A stretch of 64,000 nt of DNA from Eledone cirrhosa. Lineage: Eukaryota. A program made the position numbers and the translations under genes. The first letter of the stretch is position 1; each line of letters starts with the position of its first letter. This document shows positions 1 to 13,449 of this stretch, one piece after another. The DNA lies in assembly GCA_964016885.1 (NCBI GenBank), contig OZ024745.1:127782001-127846000 (forward strand), read 5' to 3'. The notes below the pieces were generated by a model. The model was given only the letters and a program-made list of their open reading frames with translations. It had not been told where the DNA came from and ran no database searches.

Positions 1-96
1 GTTCAACAAAGGTAATATTATGTACGTACATTTTGTCACGATGTATAAATTAACAAATATTTTCATATTTCCATAATGGTGTTTGCAAATTTGAAT

Positions 97-283
97 AATT
101 GTTTCTACTTTTGGCACAAGGCCAGCAATTATTCCAGTGCATTACTGGTACTTTATCGACCTCGGAAGGATGAAAGGCAAACTTAACCTCGGCGGGATTT
201 GAACTCAGACCGTAAAGTAGCGTAACTCTATGCTGCAAAGCATGGCGTCCGACCTTCTATCGATACTGCCAAACCACTGCCCA
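97..283 (-). mobile_element. tRNA-derived SINE, family A (Meta-domain-like body)
   Basis: Reverse complement of the consensus GGTGGATTGGCAGTATCGGTAGAG...GAGTTCAAATCCCG (B box)...GCCTTTCATCCTTACGGGGTCGATAAAATAAAGTACCAG. CAAATTTGAATAAT is duplicated on both flanks (TSD). Confidence 0.9.
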
Positions 284-519
284 AATTTGAATAATATTGT
301 ATGTTGTGGTATGATGTAGATTCTTAGATTTCAAACAGAGATCTGGTTTCAGGCAATGAGTTTCTTTTGGGCACTTAATATCCCATGGCATACACACCTC
401 TTCAAATTTTAACTCGTTTGAACCATCGGAAACTACTACGAGTTTACTTGGGCAATATTGTATTTTCTTTAATAGGCTGATTAGCTTCTCTTGCAGGAAT
501 TTAGTCTTTCCAATTGGCA

Positions 520-881
520 GATGCGTGGAGTAAGCGGGGTAAGGTGGAATAAACAGTGGGGAAGTTGGTATAGATGGGGTTGGAGAATAAACGGGAGTGG
601 GTGGAAAATATGGTAATTTTTCTACGTTGTCTCCGTTGATATCTTAAAAACTAGAATTAGTCGTTTAGTTTACATATCGAGACCCCAACCCACCCTATTT
701 ATTTTATAACGTATGAAATTTCAAGTAATGTACTTTTTTTGTCATGTATAATTTTTTTTTTAAAGTATAAAATAATTTTTTGCCTGAGCAAGATTAGCAA
801 AATTTAATAAGTGGATGACGTGGGCGTGGGGTGTCTGAAACATTATAAATGGGGTGGGGCGATTATTTGATACCTGAGAGT
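520..881. mobile_element. Partial non-autonomous DNA transposon (related copy at ~3835-3975)
   Basis: Both copies end in ATTATTTG(A/G)..CC(T/C)GAGAGTA and share an internal segment (AAAACTAGAATTAG.CGTTTAGTTTACATAT) in opposite orientation. Confidence 0.4.
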
Positions 882-1092
882 ACTATTGGTGCTCACTGTA
901 AGTCAGGTGGCCTCAGTTGATTTTCTTATAGTTCAGCATCTCTAGTCAAATCACTATAATATCCCTCTTGTCGTATCTGTTATTTTTCTATCTTTACCTT
1001 GCTGCAATTATATATTAGCGATGTTGCTTCTTATATATTGTTGTTATTATTGTTGTTGTTCATCTACAGCTATTAATATTATTGCTAATATT

Positions 1093-1312
1093 AGGACGGT
1101 AGATTGGAAGAATCGGTAGAGCGCCGGACAACATACTTTATGGCATAGGGTTACGGCCCTTTACGATTCTATTTTAAATCCTGCCGAGGTTAACTTTGCC
1201 TTTCATTCTTACGAGGTCGATAAAATAAAGTACCAGTCACGTACTGGGTCGATTTAATTGACTTTCCCCTCTCCCAAAATTGGTGACCTTGTGTCTATAT
1301 AAGAAACCATTA
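1093..1312 (+). mobile_element. SINE family A, long-tail subfamily
   Basis: A/B-box-like head, GGTCGATAAAATAAAGTACCAGTCACG body and ATT tail. Confidence 0.85.
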
Positions 1313-1317
1313 TTGCT

Positions 1318-1339
1318 CTAGTAGTATTAGTAGTAATAT

Positions 1340-1380
<41 letters not shown>

Positions 1381-1630
1381 ATGGTGGTGGTAGTAGTAGT
1401 AGTAGTAGTGGTGTGGTGGTGGTGGTGGTAGTAGTAGTAGTAGTAATAGAAGTAGTAGTAGTAGTAATAGTAGTAGTAGTAGTAGAAGCAATAGTAGTAT
1501 TAGTAGCAGCAGCGGCAGCAGTAGTAGTAGAAGTAGTAATAGTAGTAGTAGTAGTAGTAGTAGTAGTAGGAGGAGGAGGAAGAGGAGGAGGAGAAGGAGG
1601 AGGAGGAGGAGGAGGAGGAGGAGGAGGGGG
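1318..1630. repeat. (AGT)n/(GGT)n/(GGA)n compound microsatellite
   Basis: Seen directly. Confidence 0.95.
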
Positions 1631-1670
1631 AGAGAGAAGTTGTTCCCGTTGTTTCTAATGTCATTAATGT

Positions 1671-1858
1671 GGGTGGATTGGCAGTATCGGTAGAGGGTCG
1701 GACGCCATGCTTTGACACATAGAGTTACGGCCCTTGCCATTGTGAGTTCAAATCCCGCCGAGGTTAACTTTGCCTTTCATCCTTACGGGGTCGATAAAAT
1801 AAAGTACCAGTAATGTACTGGGATAATTGCTGGCCTTGTGCTAAAAGTAGAAGCAATT
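1671..1858 (+). mobile_element. SINE family A, short-tail subfamily
   Basis: Full consensus match. Confidence 0.9.
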
Positions 1859-1999
1859 AATTTTACTATTTTATTTCATTTATTAATGGATATCATTTTT
1901 GTTGGTAAAACTGAGGTAGGGTTAGCTTAACCGTGATTAAAAATAACTTATAATGAACACACCATTCCAATCATGGCCACCCCATCATTTATATTCAGT

Positions 2000-2181
2000 C
2001 TGGCAGTATCGGTAGAGGGTCGGACACCATGCTTTGTAGCATAGAGTTACGTCCATTTACAGTCTCAGTTCAAATCCCGCCGATGTTAACTTTGCCTTTC
2101 ATCCTTACGGGGTCGATAAAATAAAGTACCAGTAATACACTGGGATAATTGCTGGCCTTGTGCCAAAAGTAGAAACAATTA
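2000..2181 (+). mobile_element. SINE family A
   Basis: Consensus match. Confidence 0.9.
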
Positions 2182-2376
2182 TATATCTACGACTACATTA
2201 TCCAATATATTCTGTCCTTGTAGCTAAGGTGCTAGTGTGTGATTTGAAGGAGAAATCTCTGCTATTTTTAACATGTCAAGAAGCCGCCTTTCGGTGGCTT
2301 CATCATTGGCGCACAACGTTGTTTGTTGGCGTATTTTTGTAAGACGTAGTTAATGGTGTTAATACTACCTCTGTTA

Positions 2377-2600
2377 TGGCAGTAGATTGGCAGTATTGGT
2401 AGAGCATCGGACACCCTGCGTCGTGGCACAGAGTTACATCCCTTTACGTTCTGAGTTGAAATCTTGCCGCGATTAGATTTACCTTTCATCCATACGGGGT
2501 CGATAAAATAAAGTACCAGTCACGCACTGGAGTCGATTCAATCGACTTTCCCGCCTTCTACAAAATTGCTGGCCTTGTGCCTTAATCAGAAACTGTTATG
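2377..2600 (+). mobile_element. SINE family A, long tail
   Basis: Consensus match. Confidence 0.85.
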
Positions 2601-5122
2601 TTATTACTACCGCTGTTAACGTTGATGTTTGTATGTTGTTCGTGTTGTAATTGTTATTTTTCTGTTACTTAATGGCTGTTGTTGTACATGATGTTGCTGT
2701 TCCGTGTTGATTGCTATGCTATGTTATTTTTTTAACGATTCCCGTCGTTGCTGCTTTTGTTGAGTATCTTGCTATTTTTGGCAAAAAAAGGGCGCAGCAA
2801 TGTAATTCTAATGTTGTTGTTGCTGTTGCTGTAATTGTTGTCACCGTTGTTCCAAACGCATTTAAGGAAAGGAAAGAAAAAAATGAAGAAGAATTAGAAT
2901 TAAAGGTGGTGAAATAAAAATAAGAAGAAGGTAGGGACGGGGAAAAGGGAGACGGGTAGAAACCAAAACATTAGTGTTTGGCTTCTAGTGATTAAGAAAA
3001 CAAATGGCATAACAATGGCGTAAAAAAGAAAATAAGGATTCGTTTATATTGATTCCACTTTGGCCTAGTGATTGTAGAATTACTTGTAACAAAGTTACAG
3101 GGAAACGCACTTTTATAATGAGTAAGATTTATACAATAGCTCTGTGAAATACTCGACAGTCATACAACACTTCTGTTGTTTGCAGTTAGGTTGAGCTTGC
3201 TTTATCGGGAAACAAAAATGCAAGTAACGTAGCAAAGATCGACAAATATTTTTAGGTTTGCAATGCTAACATCAATTACATACACGTTAAAATTAATCAC
3301 AACTAAAGCTACATATGTTCTATATTAATGTGAGTGAGTTTGTATGAGATCGCTTGACTTGCTAAAAATAGCAACTAAATTATACTCAAATCATACTGAA
3401 TCGTCTTTATAAATAAAGAACACATTGGATATGGTAAACCTAGTTAAATATATCTGATTGAATAACAGATCGTAAGACTCACAGTCTAAATGTCTTTGAT
3501 AATAACTCTAATTGATTAGGTTTGATCTGGGTTTCAACAGCGGCGACAAAGACAACAATTGACCTTGTTAAAGCTAAATATTAGTCTATGTGGTGACAAA
3601 CACTCATAAAGTTTTCATAGACACGATGTTTGCTTGACTTGGAATTTTTGTAGTAAAATACAAAGGTGATTTCTCATTCACAGCCTCCGCGTATTTGTTA
3701 CAAGACACCATTTTATCAGTAAGATACACGGAACTTCATCACACCTACTCGAATACTCAGAATATAATAATCCAGAACTTACATAGCAAACATTTCACGC
3801 AACGCTCTAATAATCACATATGTTAAAAAATAAATAGGACGGATTGGGGTATCAATATGTAAACTAAACGGCTAATTCTAGTTTTTATTCCAGCCCCCGC
3901 TTATTCCAACTAACCCACTAATCCACCCACCCCCACTCGTATTCAACTACACCCTATTATTTGGGACCCGAGAGTATATACTAATAAATATTCAACGAAA
4001 AATCAAATCAAATCACATCAAATCAAATCAAATCAAATAAAACGAACGAAAAATGTGAATAAATACAAAACATCTAAGTTGTGTCATTCTATCCATAGAT
4101 GATCCACAATAACGACAGCCGATGAGCGGGAACTGTCCTTGTGTTTGTGTCTTCCGAGTTTTCTGTTTCCTTTTTCTCTCATATTTTTTTTAATTACACA
4201 TACATACACGCACGCACACACGCACACACACACACGCACACGCACACGCACACACACACACACACACACGCACACACACACACACAAGAATTTATAAAGA
4301 GTTATATAAATATTATTTAAATACATATTTACGTCTCTCGCTCTCTCTCTCTCTCTATATATATATAGACATATATATATATAAGTGTGTGTGTGTGTGG
4401 GCGTGCATGTGTGTGCGTGGGTGAGCGTGTGTGCGTGTGCGTGGGTGTGCGCGCGTGTGTGTATGTATACATATATAAGAGTTTGCATCGTTATATATAT
4501 ATATATATAAACATTATTCTATATATCAAAATGTACAAGAAAGCAGAGCAGTGTTAATGTGATAAACATTTTCCTTCTCACACTCCAAAGAATTCATCAC
4601 CCACCTGCTGTAAAATCGATGAAGCTGCACAGGATATTATACATGTGGCTGACTACTTCAAGTTTGCAAAGTGAATAACTATTTGGAAGTATCTCTGATA
4701 ATGGCCTCCGGCAGACAATTATTGAACTAGCATAGTCTGTGGACTAAATGGTCTTATGTGACCTTATACGTTTCCAAAAGAAACACTGTCTTTGTAAATT
4801 AGCTGCACTAAGTTTGGCAAAACTGAGTAAAAGTTTTTCCCAATAGTCAGTGAACAGTTTTGCATATTTACTCACTCGACAAATACATATACATATATAG
4901 ATACAGCACTTATATATATATAGATAGATATTGTTATACTTGGGGAGGGTCATATTTGCGTAATATTGCCAGAATTAATAACAGAACACACTCACTGTTT
5001 GGTTGGTTTTCGCTTCTCGCTGTCTTTTATATCTGCGATCTAACAAAAATAATACTATAGATAGATAGATATAGATATAGATGTATATATGTATACTTAC
5101 TTACTTACACACACACACACAC

Positions 5123-5260
<138 letters not shown>

Positions 5261-5782
5261 ATACACACAAATCTTTGTAGATTTGTTTACTTCAAGTAAA
5301 AACGGAAGACATGTCAGAAAATATATTATTAAATAAATATAGATACACGAATAAAAGAATAGGCAAGACCTTTAAAATACGTCCGCTGAATTGACATTTT
5401 TCTGTGTATGCACATTTAAAGAAACATCGAAGTTAAATGTTACAGTTGAACTTAATTCTGGGAATCAATGAAGCATCGCTGGTTAAGATTTTAAGATACT
5501 TTTTAAAAGCGAGAAGTGAATTTCCAAATGACGAAATCATTTTCTGCTGTGTCTTTGGTGGCTTTGATATTAAGTGTATTTGAAGCGTATAATGAGTTTT
5601 AGAAAGAGGTTAGATAGATTGACAGGAATACTCCTAAATAAATAGATTGAAGGAAAAGGGAAAGGTAAGAAAGAAGTAAAGTTAGTGAATGAGATGTCTA
5701 TGAATTCAATATGTAATTTATCTACAACTGAAGTATTTCCTATATTTGGATATATTGGAGTTAAAGATAGGGTGTGTAGCTT

Positions 5783-7520
5783 ATAACAGCAACAGTAACA
5801 ACAACAGCAGCAGCAATAACAACAACAGCAGCAGCAGCAGCAATAACAACAGCAGTAACAATAACAGCAACAGTAACAATAACAGCAGCAGCAATAACAA
5901 CAACAGCAGCAGCAATAACAACAGCAGTAACAATAACAGCAACAGTAACAACAACAGCAGCAGCAATAACAACAACAGCAGCAGCAATAACAACAACAGT
6001 AACAAAAACAGCAGCAGCAATAACAACAACAGTAACAACAACAGCAGCAGCAGTAATAACAACAACAGTAACAACAACAGCAGCAGCAATAACAACAACA
6101 GCAGCAGCAATAACAACAACAGTAACAAAAACAGCAGCAGCAATAACACAACAGTAACAACAACAGCAGCAGCAGTAATAACAACAACAGTAACAACAAC
6201 AGCAGCAGCAATAACAACAACAGCAGCAGCAATAACAACAACAGTAACAACAACAGCAGCAGCAGTAATAACAACAACAGTAACAACAACAGCAGCAGCA
6301 ATAACAACAACAGCAGCAGCAATAACAACAACAGTAACAACAACAGCAGCAGCAATAACAAAAACAGCAGCAGCAATAACAACAACAGTAACAAAAACAG
6401 CAGCAGCAATAACAACAACAGCAGCAGCAATAACAACAACAGTAACAACAACAGCAGCATCAGTAATAACAACAACAGTAACAACAACAGCAGCAGCAAT
6501 AACAACAACAGCAGCAGCAATAACAACAACAGTAACAAAAACAGCAGCAGCAATAACAACAACAGCAGCAGCAATAACAACAACAGTAACAACAACAGCA
6601 GCATCAGTAATAACAACAACAGTAACAACAACAGCAGCAGCAATAACAACAACAGCAGCAGCAATAACAACAACAGTAACAAAAACAGCAGCAGCAATAA
6701 CAACAAAAGCAGCAGCAATAACAACAACAGTAACAACAACAGCAGCAGCAATAACAACAACAGTAACAGCAACAGCAGCAGCAATCACAACAACAGTAAC
6801 AACAACAACAGTAATAACAACAACAGTAACAACAACAACAGCAGTAATAACAACAACAGTAACAACAACAACAGCAGTAATAACAACAACAGTAACAACA
6901 AGAGCAGCAGCAATAACAACAAGAGCAGCAGCAATAACAACAACAGTAACAACAACAGCAACAACAACAACATCAACAATAACAACAACAGCAGCAGCAA
7001 TAACAACAACAGTAACAACAACAGCAGCAGCAATGACAACAACAACAGCACAAATAACAACAACAACAGCAGCAGCAATAACAACAACAGTAACAACAAC
7101 AGCAGCAGCAATAACAACAACAGCAGCAGCAATAACAACAACAGCAGCAGCAATAACAACAACAGTAACAACAACAGCAGCAGCAATGACAACAACAACA
7201 GCACAAATAACAACAACAACAGCAGCAGCAATAACAACAACAGTAACAACAACAGCAGCAGCAATGACAACAACAACAACAACAGCACAAATAACAACAA
7301 CAACAGCAGCAGCAATAACAACAACAGTAACAACAACAGCAGCAGCAATAACAACAACAACAGCAGCAGCAATGACAACAACAGTAACAACAACAGCAGC
7401 AGCAATAACAACAAAAGCAGCAGCAATAACAACAACAGTAACAACAACAGCAGCAGCAATGACAACAACAACAGCAGAAATAACAACAACAACAGCAGCA
7501 GCAAAAGCAACGACAACAAT
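5783..7520. repeat. 1.7-kb (ACA)/(GCA) compound trinucleotide repeat with higher-order units
   Basis: Recurring units ATAACAACAACAGTAACAACAACAGCAGCAGCA. These explain the long low-complexity ORFs. Confidence 0.95.
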
Positions 7521-8117
7521 AAACATGACGATGACAATAATTATTAATGATGAGGAGGAGAAAAAGGAAAAAGAGGAGAGCGTCACAGAAGGGGATGGAA
7601 AAGTTTTACTAAAATCCAGCTTAAGTCAAATATTTCCCAATATTGATTGTTGAACATCCAAAGAAACATCTAATAAACTAAGAAATACATCAAATGATTA
7701 CCTTTCTTCCAATATTTCATATTTACATATCGAATGGAAAAGTAAATAAACAGCATTGATATTTCTAAACTGTAAAATTCGATAATTAAAAGAATGAATT
7801 AATTCATTTATATGAAAATTATGTAAAAGGTTAACATTTAATTTAAAAATTATATTAATATAGAAAGGTTAATGTTTGTTTGTACCACACGCAGAAACAC
7901 ACACAAATACGCACACATATGCAGATAAGCACGCTCACATATACACAAAAGTTCGTTAAATATAGAAAATTGCTTAAATTTTCGGCCTCTGAGGTGGCCA
8001 TGTATGAATGAACAGTTGTATAAATTCAGAGAATGTCAACATCAACATCTGCCTTAACTGAATAAGTAAAATATTTGACACTAAATTATCTCTGACATTA
8101 AAGAAGATTTGACCATA

Positions 8118-8722
8118 GTTGGCAGTATCAGTAGAGGGTCGGACGCCATGCTTTCCAGCATAGTTACGTCCCTTTACGATCTGAGTTCAAATCCCGCCGA
8201 GGTTGACTTTGCCTTTCATCCTTACGGGGTCGACAAAATAAAGTACCAGTAATGCACTAGGTAATTGCTGGCCTTGTGCCTAAAGTAGAAACAATTATTA
8301 AAAGTACAGTGGATTGGCAGTATCGTTAGAGGGTCGGACGCTATACTTTGCAGCAAAGAGTTACGGCCCTTTATGATCTGAGTTCAAATCCTGCCGAGGT
8401 TAACTTTGCCTTTCATCCTTACGCGGTCGATAAAATAAAGTACCAGTCACGCACTGGAGTCGATTTAATCGACTTTCCCCTCCTTCAAAATTGCAGGCCT
8501 TGTGCCTATATAAGAAACCATTATTAAAAGTACAGTGGATTGGCAGTATCGTTAGAGGGTCGGACGCCATGCTTTGCAGCAAAGAGTTACGACCCTTGCC
8601 ATTCTGAATTCAAATCCGGCCGAGGTTAACTTTGCCTTTCATCCTTACGGGGTCGATAAAATAAAGTACCAGTAATGCACTGGATAATTGCTGGCCTTGT
8701 GTCGAAAGTAGAAACAATTATT
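8118..8722 (+). mobile_element. Three head-to-tail SINE family A copies
   Basis: Three consensus matches, each followed by ATTATTAAAAGTACA. Confidence 0.9.
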
Positions 8723-8794
8723 AAAAGTACACGTTCTTAGTATAGAATTACTTCTAAACACAGCCACAAGGATATGGTCCGATATGGAAAAGCC

Positions 8795-9015
8795 GAACTC
8801 CCACTGTCATTGCCTCCACCTCTCTCGCCCTCGCCATCTCTCTGTATGGTGAGCAAATGGGGTCCCACGTGCTGGTCTCCCCACAGCCTCGCGGACAGAA
8901 TGTAGAAGGCGTTTCCTCGGAGGATGTTACTTGGAATTGAACTTTAACCCTGACACAGTTTACTGGGAGTTTAATGTCAGTGCCGTTGACCACCATCTCA
9001 CAAAACACACCCCCA
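8795..9015 (-). mobile_element. Possible degenerate LINE ORF1 (zinc knuckle) fragment
   Basis: GC-rich island. The minus strand reads FCPRGCGETS and, after a frameshift, HVGPH.C, resembling CX2CX4HX4C. Confidence 0.3.
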
Positions 9016-9468
9016 TCTCACCACCACCATCTTCTAGCCATTTAAAGAAAAACGTATATATTCACGAAAAACAATTGCATGACAAGTACGAAAAACTCAT
9101 TCTCTTAATGGTTTAATTTGAGAAAGAAGAGAAGAGTCCATGCTCATTACTTGATCTCCGGTATTTATATGGAGAAAGAGATGAAGAAAATACAACTCGG
9201 AGGTTACTGGAGTAGGAGGTAGTATATCAAGTTATCGACTTATCCACAGACCTTGTCCGAATACTTACACAAAGTGGAATACTCCAAAGGCACCCAAGGA
9301 CCAATATGCTAGTGTTAAGTGGGTTGTTAGATAAGATCTATAGACCATCTTATAAACTTCCTGACTATTTACCGACAATCCTATTAATGTCTCATTAGAA
9401 ATTCTGGAACTTACAAACTTTGCTGCGATTTAAAGACCAAACAGTTCCCCCCCTTTCTATATATGTGA

Positions 9469-9515
<47 letters not shown>

Positions 9516-9792
9516 TTGATTTTATACCTAATTGTGTATGGTTGACGATATATTTAATCGATTTCCACGTGCTATTGAAATGGTGGGTAAATATTCTATA
9601 GCTGTTGATCGCGAATAGATGGCTGTCCTTTATTTATCTATTATTTCTTCATAGGTGTCGTTTAATCTTATAGCCTGGTTTAATTGTTTTTTTTGTGTGG
9701 TTGATTATGCTGATTGGGAGACGAGATGGTGTATATATTTTATCAAATGATTCTATGAACATACTTTATTATATATATCTATATATATATGA

Positions 9793-9970
9793 GGGCGGTA
9801 GATTGGCAGTATCGGTAGAGGGTCGAACGCCATGCTTTCCAGCATAGTTACGTCCCTTTATGATCTGAGTTCAAATCCCGCCGAGGTTGACTTTGCCTTT
9901 CATCCTTACGGGGTCGATAAAATAAAGTAATGCACTGGGTAATTGCTGGCCTTGTGCCTAAAGTAGAAAC

Positions 9971-9975
<5 letters not shown>
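9793..9975 (+). mobile_element. SINE family A
   Basis: Consensus match between (TA)n tracts. Confidence 0.9.
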
Positions 9976-10010
<35 letters not shown>

Positions 10011-10013
<3 letters not shown>

Positions 10014-10670
10014 ATTCCGATTCTCGATTATTCTACTATATTTAGCTCTAGACCCTAGCTATTGACCAGTTAATTTTATTGATGATTTTGTTGTTGATCT
10101 TATTGACTGATGAATAGCTCTTGTTTATTTTAACATGTCTGTTGAGCACTCTGATTCGATATGTGATAATTTGTATTCTTACATAATTTACACATCACCG
10201 AATTCTTTCGCTAATATAAGGGTTCCCTCCCTTGTTGAATACCATGTGCGTTGTTTGGCTTCGGGTCCCCTCTGTATTATGGAACGAAATACTCGTTGAA
10301 GAAGCCTTTCCTCGTTCGTCTCTTCTCTAGAAGTCTTATATATCTTTTATGTGGGCTGATAGTGATTGGATTAAGGAATTGCAGAAACCCAAGAAGCTAG
10401 ATTTAACATCGTTCTAGCGGGTCCGGGTGAGTTTTTTACATTCATTTAATTTATTAAATTATTGATATTTTATTTGAGTGACCCGAATCTTCCTGGTCGT
10501 TCTTTTTCGGCTGCATGGGTGATTTTAGGCATGATATCTATGTTTTGGTATTTTAACGATAGTTATAGCTCTGATTTTTCCAAATTATTGAGCCCTCTGC
10601 CACATATATCGGATATTGTTTATCGTGATTTCGTGGGCTGATATTCCGATTCTCGATTATTCTACTATAT
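10011..10670 (-). mobile_element. Degenerate retroelement fragment with ~30-bp terminal direct repeat (related to 20670-21310)
   Basis: GATATTCCGATTCTCGATTATTCTACTATA at 10011 and 10640. Shared motifs with 20670-21310 include TTGGGTTTCTGC and CAAGGGAGG.AACCC.TATAT. Confidence 0.45.
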
Positions 10671-10842
10671 ATATAGATATAGTTTTGCGAGGTTTTTTAT
10701 ATGAAATCGTGTGTCGAAACAAATATTGTTATACTTGGGGAGGGTCATATTGCGAAAAGCGAAAACCAACCAAACAGTGAGTGTGTTCTGTTATTAATTC
10801 TGGCAATATTACACAAATATGACCCTCCCCAAGTATAACAAT

Positions 10843-10907
<65 letters not shown>

Positions 10908-10934
10908 GTACAGATACATTTGTAAAACCATATT

Positions 10935-10995
10935 TATTCTATTATATATATTTCAAGTGTACCAAAACTTTTGTACGCTCTCATCAGATTGAATA
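10935..10995 (-). ncRNA. Minimal type I hammerhead ribozyme (left arm of an inverted repeat)
   Basis: TATTCAAT-CTGATGA-stem II-GAAA-TATATA-TA-ATAGAATA on the minus strand. Confidence 0.6.
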
Positions 10996-10996
10996 T

Positions 10997-11053
<57 letters not shown>

Positions 11054-11057
<4 letters not shown>

Positions 11058-11114
11058 CAATCTGATGAGAGCGTACCAAAGTTTTGGTACCCTTGAAGTA
11101 TATATAATAGAATA
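11054..11114 (+). ncRNA. Degenerate minimal hammerhead (right arm; GAAA>GAAG)
   Basis: Inverted copy of 10935-10995 across a (TA)n spacer. Confidence 0.5.
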
Positions 11115-11419
11115 AATATGGTTTTATAAATATAGTTTCCATTTATTTAATATCATTAAATATATATATATATATATACGATATTAAACAAATGGAAACT
11201 ATATTTTTAATATAGTATTAATATCGTATATCGTTTAATATCGTATATCTACTCCAAAAACTTGTCGAGTGCTTTATATCAGTTATAAAATATTTACTTG
11301 TTGTAACCCAACAATTTTAAATAAAACTTTTGCATATATATATATATATATGTGTGTGTGTGTCTGTGTGTGTTTACATCTCTCTCTCTCTCTATCTCTC
11401 TCTCTCTATATATATATAG

Positions 11420-11452
<33 letters not shown>

Positions 11453-12389
11453 ATTGAAGCATCCAGATTCGAACTATTTACCAGTGATATATACAATCAG
11501 AATATTTGAGAGCTGATGTTATAATACAATATACCATCAACTACTTTGTTTCTGAAGGAAACTAGGAAAATTCAACACGTGATTTTCATAGAGATTCTTT
11601 AGCTGTCAAACATCGGCCACTTCTATTAGAAGAATCATACTTCCAACAAGATATGCCAAACGGTTTTAGTTATTTTGATTTTAAGTTTAATTCCTTATAG
11701 TGTAACTGAAAATTACCCGAGGACGCCATCCTCACGAAAAATAAAGTTTGGGTGAATGCTAAGATGCTTAATATAGCGTGCAACGAAATCAATTAAAATT
11801 ACAGAGGCAGCGAGAAATAAACATTTCTTGGGAGATTAATGTAAATCAAATTTAATCAAGATAAAAAAGCTGACACCTCTAAAATTTTAGTTAATTGGAA
11901 TTTGAATTAAGCATGAAGTGTGTATATAAAACATTAATTCAATCAGCAATATTAATTTAGTCTGTGTCAAGAGTCTCCCTATGTATACCTACACGCACGT
12001 ACTCAAATAGGCACCCACACACATATAGAAATATTTATGAATGTTATTAAACATTATAGTAATTTCTGCACTAATGTAGATGTAAAAAAAAAAAATCCCA
12101 GAGGCTGGCATCGAAATATATATCTTGATGTTAATTCTCGTTGCAAAACTCATAACAAGATATCGTCAGTAGTAATTTCATTAAATTATATATGTATACT
12201 TTCTATATAATTTCAGAATTGAATATTGTTGAATATATCGAATCACGATGTATCTTGTTATATAATGCAATAAAAATATGTCTTAATTATGAGCTCAGTT
12301 AAGTGAGTAAGGAATTATCTGTAAAATAAGCAAGATGTTTGTGGAGATTAAAAATTCATTTTGGAATAGATAGATAGGGTTATGTAAAA

Positions 12390-12607
12390 TGATTTCTACT
12401 TTAGGCACAAAGCCAGCAATTTGGAAAGAGAGGAAAGTCGTTTCTATCGACCCTAGTGTAATACTGGTGCTTTATTTTATCGACCCCGTAAGGATGAAAG
12501 GCAAAGTTAACCGCGGCGGGATTTGAACTCAGATCATAAAGGGAAGTAACTCTATGCTGCAAAGCATGTTATCCGACCCTCCACCGATACTGAAAATCCA
12601 CCGCCCT
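12390..12607 (-). mobile_element. SINE family A
   Basis: Consensus match. Confidence 0.9.
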
Positions 12608-13150
12608 TACTCCCTGGCAAATATATAATATTAAATGTACGTAGCTGTGGTTTTGCTTACATATATTGGTCTAGTTCACTGTCTATGGTGTATGCATGAT
12701 TGCCTTATTTTTCTTAAGTATGTAATTAACTGGGTGTAAATTAACGCTCAAAAATACAAAGTATAATTGATTAACCAAATTTCTTATTTCTTATAATAAA
12801 ACACATGGCATGCTATACTTCTGTATTGCAATGGAATTAATTTGGCATTCAGGTATTCGGCTGGAAATGGCTTAAAGAAAATAAAGGATGGACAAATTTA
12901 ACAGGAAAAAACAAAGAAACTTTGCCAAAGAAAGAAGTGAACAAAAACTGAAAGAAGAATTAGACAAAAATTGCCCAAAGACAATTAAAGAAAGACAAAG
13001 AGACAAAACCTACTCCAACAAAAATCAATAACAAAACTATTAGAATAATATATTGTGTAGATCAATATAAACGTTTCAATACATTTATGTAAATACAAAA
13101 TATGTAAATAGAAATATATAATTATAAGATATTATATAGATATATGGCCG

Positions 13151-13195
<45 letters not shown>

Positions 13196-13337
13196 ATATA
13201 TATATATAATAAATGTAATCTGAGATTTTCGAATATTTATTTATTCGATTCGTTTGCAATTATGCAAACAAGCCTCTTTTTAAGCCATGTCACTAGAATG
13301 AGCCCCTCATTCTTGCTCTTGTGTTAGCATGTAAACA

Positions 13338-13388
13338 GAACTGCAGACACTAATGTTTCTGGGTGATTACCCTTCATCAGTGCAGTTC
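13338..13388 (-). ncRNA. Type I hammerhead ribozyme
   Basis: GAACTGCA-CTGATGA-A GGGT AATC ACCC A-GAAAC-ATTAGT-GTC-TGCAGTTC: 8-bp stem I, complete core and GUC triplet. Confidence 0.8.
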
Positions 13389-13449
13389 ACTGTTAAGCTA
13401 CCATTGTCAGAGCTAGTGAAAATATATGATATTTTATAAAATATACAGT

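Noticed and set aside
1671-1760. tRNA-like A/B boxes in SINE heads
   Set aside because: No cloverleaf; part of a SINE.
2280-2301. GC-rich hairpin resembling a terminator
   Set aside because: An isolated 9-bp stem with no U tract and no prokaryotic context.
10104-10146. CTGATGA motif
   Set aside because: No GAAA and no stem I.
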